64,000 nt of DNA. It comes from Candidatus Dormiibacterota bacterium (GTDB taxonomy: Bacteria; Chloroflexota; Dormibacteria; Aeolococcales; Aeolococcaceae). Shown in pieces: positions 57,632 through 64,000 of the stretch. The stretch's first letter is position 1, and the number at the start of each line of letters is the position of its first letter. The notes under the pieces were generated by a model. The model did not search any database. It was given only the letters and a program-made list of their open reading frames with translations, and was not told the origin of the DNA. Made by a program: the position numbers and the translations under genes. The DNA lies in contig CAVOMR010000002.1 in assembly GCA_963697085.1 (NCBI GenBank), positions 145,913-209,912 of the forward strand. Reading direction: 5' to 3'.

Positions 57632-60622
57632 GTGCTCGTCTGCGTGCTCGGTCCGCTCCAGGTCCGGGACGGGACGACCGTGCTGGCGCGCGGCGGCCGG
57701 CAACAGCGCCGCATCCTCGCCGGACTGGCGCTCGGTGGGGGCCGGCCGGTGTCGTTCTTCGACCTCGAGGCTGCGGCGTGGGGCGAGGAACCCCCGGCCA
57801 CCGTCCGCCACACGATTGCCACACACGTGCTCCGGCTGCGCGCCATCGGTCTGGACATCTCGACCACCGCCGACGGCTACTGTCTCGAGACGCCGACCGA
57901 CGCAACCCAGCTCGAGCACCAGCTTGCGGCAGCGCGCGAGATCGCGGACGGCGACCCACCCCGTTCGGCCGCACTCCTTCGCGAGGCGCTCGGCCTGTGG
58001 CGCGGGCGGCCATTCCCCGAGCTCGACGTGCCCGAGGCCGAGGTCGAGGCGACACGCCTCGAGGAGGTCGTCGAGAGTTCGCGCGAGCAGCTGCTGCGCA
58101 CCCAGCTCGCGTTCGAACGCCCCGGCGACCTCGTTGCCCCTGCGATGTCGCTCGTCGCCGAGCAACCGTATCGGGAGCACCGCTGGGAGCTCCTCATGCT
58201 CGCCCTGTATCGAGCGGGCCGCCAGGCCGAGGCGCTCGACGTCTACGCGCAGGCGCGCGCCAAGTTGATCGATGAGCTCGGCGTCGAGCCGGGCCCGGCG
58301 CTGCAGCGCATGCAGCAGGCCGTGCTCGCCCAGGACCCGGCGCTCGACGCGCCGGTGGACAGTGCGGGCGGGAAGCGCGCCGAACGTGCGCGGCTCCCCG
58401 GCACGGCGACGCGGCTCATCGGACGCGCACTGGAACGTCAGGACCTCACCGAGGTGTGGGGTCGCGCGCGGCTTGCCACGCTCGTCGGACCGCCGGGCGC
58501 CGGGAAGACCCGTCTTGCCCTTGCGGCGGCCGGCGAGACCGACGGCGCCGTCTGGTACGTCGATGTCGAGCATCTCCCCGCGACCGAGCCGCTGGCCGAC
58601 GCGGTGCTCGACGTGGTCGCGCCGTCCTCTCGATCGGTCGACGCCGCCGAGGGCATGATCGACCGCCTCCGCGACGCCAGCGGTCTTGTGGTCCTCGACG
58701 GGTGCGAGCGCCGCCTCGGCGAGGTCGCGGGGCAGGTCCAGCGACTGCTTGCCTCCTGTCCCGGAATTCGCCTCCTGGTCACGAGCCGCGAGCGGCTCGG
58801 CGTTCTCGATGAGGCGCTGATCCCGGTGGGGCCGCTGCCGCCCGAGGACGCCCTCGCGCTCCTTGCGGACCGCGCCCGCCTGGTGAACTCCCGCTTCTCG
58901 GTCGAGGTCGTCGACGCGCCGGCCGCGGACCGGCTCTGCGGGCTCGTCGACCGGCTGCCGCTCGCGCTCGAACTGGTCGCGCGCCATCTGAACCTCCTGA
59001 GCGTGCGCGACCTGACCGCCCGAGTGGAGACGGATCTCGGGCGCTGGGCGGGGCGCTCAGCCGGCGGCCGCGACGGGCTCTGGCTGGCGCTCGACACCAG
59101 CGTGGCAACGCTCTCGCCCGACGAGCGAGCGGTGCTGCTCGCGTTCGCGGTCATGGTGTCCGACGCCGACACGGCGCTGCTCGGAGACGTCGTCGGCCCG
59201 GATTTCACGGGAGACCTCCACGAGGTCGTCGGCCGGCTCGTCGATGCCAGCCTCCTCCAGGTGCGCAGCGCGGTGAGCTCGACGCGGTGCCAGGTGCTGC
59301 GCACAGTTGCGGTGCACACCCTGGAGGCAGCGGAGCCCGGCGCCGTCGCGGCGACCCGCACCCGGTACATCGATGCCGTGCTCGAGCGGGTTGCGAGCGT
59401 CGTCCCTCGTCTCGCCTCACCGGATCGGCCCGACGCGATGCGGGAGCTCGACAGCGACATGCCCCACGTCCGCGCCGTCCTCGGCGAGCTCTGCGCGCCG
59501 GGCGCGGATGCGCGCACCGCGCTGCGAGGTCTCGACATGGCCACTCGGCTCACCGACTACTGGCTCGGCCGGCGCCCGGCCGAGGGGATGGAGTGGATCA
59601 CCCGTCTGGTCGCCGTCGCCGACCCGCGACCCGAGCTGCGCGCCGAGGCGCTGCTCCGCTGCGGTCACCTCGCGTACTGGATGGCGGATTTCGCGCGCGG
59701 AGCGACGATGGCGTCCGAGGCCCACGCGCTCTTCGACGATCTCGGCGACGCGCTGGGTGACGGACGGGCGCTTCGTCGCCTCGGAGCCATCGCCGCGGCG
59801 ACCGACGACCTCGCCACCGCGCGCACCCTCCTTGAAGCATCGTTGGCGCGCCTGGACGAAGCGGGAGTCGAGGCGGAGACGGGCATCACCCTCCTCCACC
59901 TCGGGTCGCTGCTCGCGGACGAAGGGGATGTGGAGGCGGCGTTACCGGCACTGCAGCGCGCGCTCCGCATCGCCGTCGACGGGGGCAACCCGCTCGCCAG
60001 AGGCCAGGCCCTCGCGGCCCTGGCCCTCGCGGAATGGAAGGGCGCGGATCTCGAGGCCGCGCTGCGCTCCGGCGAGGAGGCGCTCCGGCTCCTCCGCGAG
60101 CTCGGTCACACCACGATGGAAGGGACGGTCGCCTATCGAGTGGCCGCGGTCACGCGTGGCCTGGGAAATCCCGACGTGGCTCGCTACCACGCACAGCTGG
60201 CAATCGACGCCGGCGACGCAGGCGGTACGCGCACGACGGTGGCGCACGGTCACCTCTACCTTGCACGCCTCGATCTCGATGCAGATGACGTCGACGCCGC
60301 GAGTGGGCATCTCGAGGCGGCGCTCGAGATCATCGACCCCGCCTCGGACCGATGGGTCCTCGTCGACGCGCTCGAGGTCGTCGCCCGGCTCCTCTCCGCC
60401 ATGGAGCTTCCCGAGGCAGGCGAGCTGCTGGATGCCGCTGCCGCCATCCGTGCCGAAATACGACAGCCGATCCCGCCGACCGACGGCGCCGATGTGGCAG
60501 CGACACGCACGCGAATCGGATCGCGTGCCTCCGATCACACCGCCGTGCACCCGGACCCTGCCGAGGTGCTGCGGCAGGCCACTGCCGCGCTGCGCGGAGT
60601 CCCGAGGCGCCGCGTGCGCTGA
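57632..60622 (+). CDS. AfsR/SARP-family regulator (wHTH-BTAD-NB-ARC-TPR)
   Basis: VLGPL, ALGLWRG, P.RE..W.LLMLALYRAGRQAEAL, GPPGAGKTRLA, LVVLDGCE, LPLALEL. Confidence 0.92.
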   Translation: MLVCVLGPLQVRDGTTVLARGGRQQRRILAGLALGGGRPVSFFDLEAAAWGEEPPATVRHTIATHVLRLRAIGLDISTTADGYCLETPTDATQLEHQLAAAREIADGDPPRSAALLREALGLWRGRPFPELDVPEAEVEATRLEEVVESSREQLLRTQLAFERPGDLVAPAMSLVAEQPYREHRWELLMLALYRAGRQAEALDVYAQARAKLIDELGVEPGPALQRMQQAVLAQDPALDAPVDSAGGKRAERARLPGTATRLIGRALERQDLTEVWGRARLATLVGPPGAGKTRLALAAAGETDGAVWYVDVEHLPATEPLADAVLDVVAPSSRSVDAAEGMIDRLRDASGLVVLDGCERRLGEVAGQVQRLLASCPGIRLLVTSRERLGVLDEALIPVGPLPPEDALALLADRARLVNSRFSVEVVDAPAADRLCGLVDRLPLALELVARHLNLLSVRDLTARVETDLGRWAGRSAGGRDGLWLALDTSVATLSPDERAVLLAFAVMVSDADTALLGDVVGPDFTGDLHEVVGRLVDASLLQVRSAVSSTRCQVLRTVAVHTLEAAEPGAVAATRTRYIDAVLERVASVVPRLASPDRPDAMRELDSDMPHVRAVLGELCAPGADARTALRGLDMATRLTDYWLGRRPAEGMEWITRLVAVADPRPELRAEALLRCGHLAYWMADFARGATMASEAHALFDDLGDALGDGRALRRLGAIAAATDDLATARTLLEASLARLDEAGVEAETGITLLHLGSLLADEGDVEAALPALQRALRIAVDGGNPLARGQALAALALAEWKGADLEAALRSGEEALRLLRELGHTTMEGTVAYRVAAVTRGLGNPDVARYHAQLAIDAGDAGGTRTTVAHGHLYLARLDLDADDVDAASGHLEAALEIIDPASDRWVLVDALEVVARLLSAMELPEAGELLDAAAAIRAEIRQPIPPTDGADVAATRTRIGSRASDHTAVHPDPAEVLRQATAALRGVPRRRVR

Positions 60623-60712
60623 CTCCGAGCCTGCGATCGGCCTGCGATCGCGCTGCGATCGGTGCTCCTCAGCCTCGGCTGATCACCAACTCAGCCCATG
60701 GAGGAGCCACCC

Positions 60713-61418
60713 GTGACGAACCACCTCAACGTCTTCCGAAACCGATCGCGCACCGTGGCGTGCGCCGCCACTGCGGGTGCCGCCGCGGCGCTGCTCGCCG
60801 CCTGCGGCGCCACAACCGTCCCCGGTTCCCCTTCGTTGCCGACGCTCCCCGCGGGCCTCGGGTCCTCGCCGAGCGCCAGCGCAAGCCTCGGACCCACCAG
60901 CGGCAACCTCGGCGACACCCTCACGATGATGGACGCCGGCGACGACATCGCTCACGTGACCCTGGTCAAGGTCTTCGATCCCGCGACCGGGCTCGATCCC
61001 GACGACACGCCTCCTGACGGAACACGCTGGGTCGCCTTCGAGGGAACGATCGTCATCAACGGCGCTCGCTCCGGAGAGGAACTCGACGGCGTTCGACGTC
61101 ATCGGCTCCGACGGCCAGACCTACGGAGCGGATACCGCGTACCACATCGGTACGTTCGACGGCTGCACGGACACGGGCATTGACGTCCCGTCGGGCGCGA
61201 CGCAGACCTTCTGCGCCGGAGTCGGCCTGCCGCCCGGCATCACCGTGGCCAAGGTCGGCTACAGCACCGAAGGAGTCGACGGGAACGCACCCGCAGCACT
61301 CTTCTGGACTGTCGACGATTCCGGCGCCAGCGCGCCGACGGCAACGCCGACCGACACCCCGGAGACAACACCGACCGACACCCCGGAGTCAACGCCGACC
61401 GCAACTCCTGGGACGTGA
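60713..61418 (+). CDS. Lipoprotein (DUF4352-like Ig fold) with PT-rich tail, one +1 frameshift
   Basis: LAAC lipobox; removing one A at about 61080 continues DVIGSDGQTY...FCAGV...TPTDTPE to TGA 61418. Confidence 0.65.
61344..61401 (+). repeat. 24-bp coding tandem repeat (TPTDTPE[T/S])
   Basis: ACRCCGACCGACACCCCGGAGWCA repeated about 2.4 times. Confidence 0.7.
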
Positions 61419-61510
61419 TGACCGAACGGGTCGAGGAATGGCAGCCCCCAGAGGGGGGAGGCGACGGGGAGCCGCGAGTCACACCTCGCGGCCCCTCTGT
61501 CCGTCAACCG

Positions 61511-62861
61511 TCAGTCGCTGGGGATCCCGTTCGCCGGGGGCGTGGACGGCGTCCCCGAGTAGGTCGTGATCGGGCCGGAGGCCGTGTCGTCGGTGACCTG
61601 GACCGGTCCGATGGAGGAGGCGGTGCCGCTGGTGCCGATCTGGACCATCTCGAACTCCGAGGAATCCGAGGTGGTTGGAGGCTGAGTACCCGTAGGGCAC
61701 CAATCCGGGTCCGTCCGTCCACTTGCTGTTCTGAATCGCGTTGACGATGGATTGACGCGTCGGGTTCTGTCCCGCCGCCTTCAACGCCTGCACGAACGTG
61801 TACGCCTCTGCGAAACCGTAGAGGACGTTGCCGTCCCACGGGAGGCTCGGCGCGTACGTCGCCTTGATCGACTGGAACAGGGTGATCCACGGGTTGGTGG
61901 TGTCGCTCTCGAGCGGCAGGTACGTGTCACTGATCGTGCCGTCGATCAGCGCCGCGGGGAGCTTCGCCCCGAGGCCGCCGCTGGTGAGGATGCCGGTGAG
62001 GGTCGGCGGGTCTGATCCGACGTTGCTCACCACGAACTTCGGCGCGTAGTGCAGCGCGGCGGCACTCGCCTCCATGACCGCGGTGAAGGTCGGGATCGAG
62101 AACGCGATGATCACCTGCACGCCCGCCGCCTGCAGCTGCGCGATCGTCGCGCCAACCGCCATGGCGCCGGCCGCCGTGGGTGTGTAGTACCCGGGCGTTG
62201 AGTCAAGGGTGACCGCGCCGCTGCTGAGCTCGTCGGTCGCACCCAGGATCCCGTCGGTGCCGAACTCGTCGTTCGGACCCTGCGCGAAGAATCCCACCTT
62301 CTGACCGGCGAAGTTCTGCGCGACGTACTGCCCGAGGATCTTGCCCTCGATGGTGTAGTCGGGCTGCCAGCCGAATGTGTACGGGTACTGGGCGACGTTG
62401 TTCCAGCAATTGCAACCGGAGGCGACAAACAGGTCCGGCACCTTCTCGCTGTTGAGCGAGCTGACCACCGCGAGGTGGGTTGGCGTGCCAAGTGCCTGGA
62501 ACATGGCGAACACCTTGTCCTGCAACACGAGCTGCTTGGTCAGCGTGGTCGTCGTCGTCGGGTTGTACATGTCGTCGAGGTACTTGTAGGTGATCGTCCG
62601 GCCGTTGACGCCGCCGTGCGCGTTCACGTACTTGAAGTACGCGTTCGCCGCGGGTGCGATCTCCGAGTAGCCCGGCGCCGCCGGCCCGGTGAGCGGCTGG
62701 GTGCTGCCGATCGTCACGGTCGTCGCGGTGATGCCCGGGGCCGACGCGGAGTTGGCAGCGGGTCCCGACGAGCTGCTGCCGCAGGCTGCGGTGAGCACTG
62801 CGGCCGTCATGCCAGTGGCGGCCACCGCCCACGTCCTCGATCTCGTGATCTGTAGTCGCAT
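61511..62861 (-). CDS. Branched-chain amino acid-type ABC substrate-binding lipoprotein, +1 frameshift near C-terminus
   Basis: TAAC lipobox, PLTGPAA, YF.YVNA.GGVNGR.I...DD.YNP; corrected tail GVEMVQIG...NGIPSD*. Confidence 0.85.
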
Positions 62862-62902
62862 TCGCGTGCTCCTTGTGTGTGCTGATGCCGTTGTTGCTGG
62901 TG

Positions 62903-64000
62903 TCAAGAGGAGGGCGCCGCAGGCGCTGCGGGCAGGGTACTCGTCTGCCGGCGGGAGCGCAGCAGGCGCGCGATGCGGCGCGCAAGTGCCGCGAGCTCGC
63001 CGGCGATGCCGCGCGGAAACAGGAGGATCGCGACGATGAGCACGATCCCGTAGATCGCGAGCGGCACGTTGTTGGCGACGTTGCTCGCGAGGTTGAGGTT
63101 GCTGGCGAAACCGCCGGTCCAGACCGGGAGATAGACCAGGATGAACGCGCCGATCACCGCGCCGGTGAGGCTGCCGAGACCGCCGACCACGATCGCGGTG
63201 AGCAGCGACAGCGAGAGGTTGAGCGTGAACCCGGTCGGTGACGTGATCGTCGCCCAGTATGCGAACAGTGATCCGGCAAGGCCGGCGCAGACGGCGCTGA
63301 TCACGTAGGCGAGCACCTGCGTGCGAGCCACGTTGACGCCGGAGAGTCGTGCCGCCACCTCGTTGTCACGGACCATGCGCAGGCGGCGACCCGTGGAGCC
63401 ACGCACGAGGTTGGCGAGGAGGAAGAACGTTATCAGCGCTGCCGCGAGGCAGACCCAGTCGAACCACTCGAACGGCGAGAAGCTCGCACCGAGCGCAGCG
63501 GGTGGTGAGGGCGTCAGGATGCTGATGCCCTGGTTGCCGCCGAAGATGCTCGCAAAGTGCGTCGGCACCTGGGGCAGCGCAACGGCGAGCGACAGTGTCG
63601 CGCCGGCGAGATACGGGCCGCGCAGCCGCGCACCCGCGATGCCGATGATCCCTCCCGCAACCGCGGTCGTCACCATCGACGCGATGACGGTGACGATGAA
63701 CGGGACGTCGGCGTTCCACTGGAGCAGGACCGACGTGGTGTACGCGCCGACCATCATCAACGCGCCGTGACCGAGTGACACCTGGCCGTTGATGCCAGTG
63801 AGCACGGTCAATCCCGCGGCGGCAATCGCGTAGATGGCGATCTCGGTGACGTTGTAGTTCGTGTAGTCGTCGAAGACGAAGTTGGTGAGCAGCAGCAGGA
63901 CTCCGGCGAGCACGATGAAGAAGGTCCCGTGCCGCAGGAGAGTCGAGTTGCGGAAGCGCTCGCGGATCCGTTCGTCGTCCTCGTCGGGCAACACCTCCGC
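62903..64000 (-). CDS. livM: Branched-chain amino acid ABC permease (5' end may lie outside window)
   Basis: GQVSLGHGA, RLRGPYLAGATL, RDNEVAA, GGLGSLTGA. Confidence 0.88.
   Translation of the reverse strand, partial: AEVLPDEDDERIRERFRNSTLLRHGTFFIVLAGVLLLLTNFVFDDYTNYNVTEIAIYAIAAAGLTVLTGINGQVSLGHGALMMVGAYTTSVLLQWNADVPFIVTVIASMVTTAVAGGIIGIAGARLRGPYLAGATLSLAVALPQVPTHFASIFGGNQGISILTPSPPAALGASFSPFEWFDWVCLAAALITFFLLANLVRGSTGRRLRMVRDNEVAARLSGVNVARTQVLAYVISAVCAGLAGSLFAYWATITSPTGFTLNLSLSLLTAIVVGGLGSLTGAVIGAFILVYLPVWTGGFASNLNLASNVANNVPLAIYGIVLIVAILLFPRGIAGELAALARRIARLLRSRRQTSTLPAAPAAPSS

Noticed and set aside
61344-61401. Short tandem repeat that might suggest a CRISPR array
   Set aside because: 24-bp in-frame PT-linker repeat with no spacers and no cas genes; no CRISPR array seen in the window.
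10418-62861. Calling the five frameshifted genes pseudogenes or programmed frameshifts
   Set aside because: All are single-base duplications with otherwise intact sequence and no slippery heptamers; sequencing error is more likely.

Overview
High-GC bacterial DNA, about 50 CDS and one tRNA-Gly(GCC). Gene content and style suggest a soil Terrabacterium such as Dormibacterota, Chloroflexota or Actinomycetota (inference). The first 22.5 kb, downstream of the tRNA, is an accessory-looking zone. It holds three zinc-ribbon/class III cyclase/STAND-ATPase/TPR genes, secreted beta-propeller proteins, a WYL divergon and an LRV-repeat/AAA/metallopeptidase-VWA/Imm5-like operon. It also holds a 3.6 kb segment bounded by the tRNA and a degenerate copy of its 3' end. 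The middle is mostly metabolic: hisN, FAH, fatty acyl-CoA reductase, S53 protease, thiolase, sulfurtransferase, L,D-transpeptidase, TPP enzyme, alkA, pntAB. The most striking feature is at 49.0-54.4 kb and is invisible to the ORF track. Two SD-led micro-ORFs (MASWGDGDNW and MADGVQWG; shared DG-x-[NQ]-W and WG) each precede hairpins and one of two paralogous MFS transporters. They lie divergent from a multi-TM histidine kinase and a receiver-only regulator, forming a candidate micro-peptide signalling/export or leader-peptide system. Other points: a class III aminotransferase lacking its PLP lysine, frequent leaderless-type promoters, and seven +1 frameshifts, five of which map to GASTC sites and are probably methylation-linked sequencing errors.
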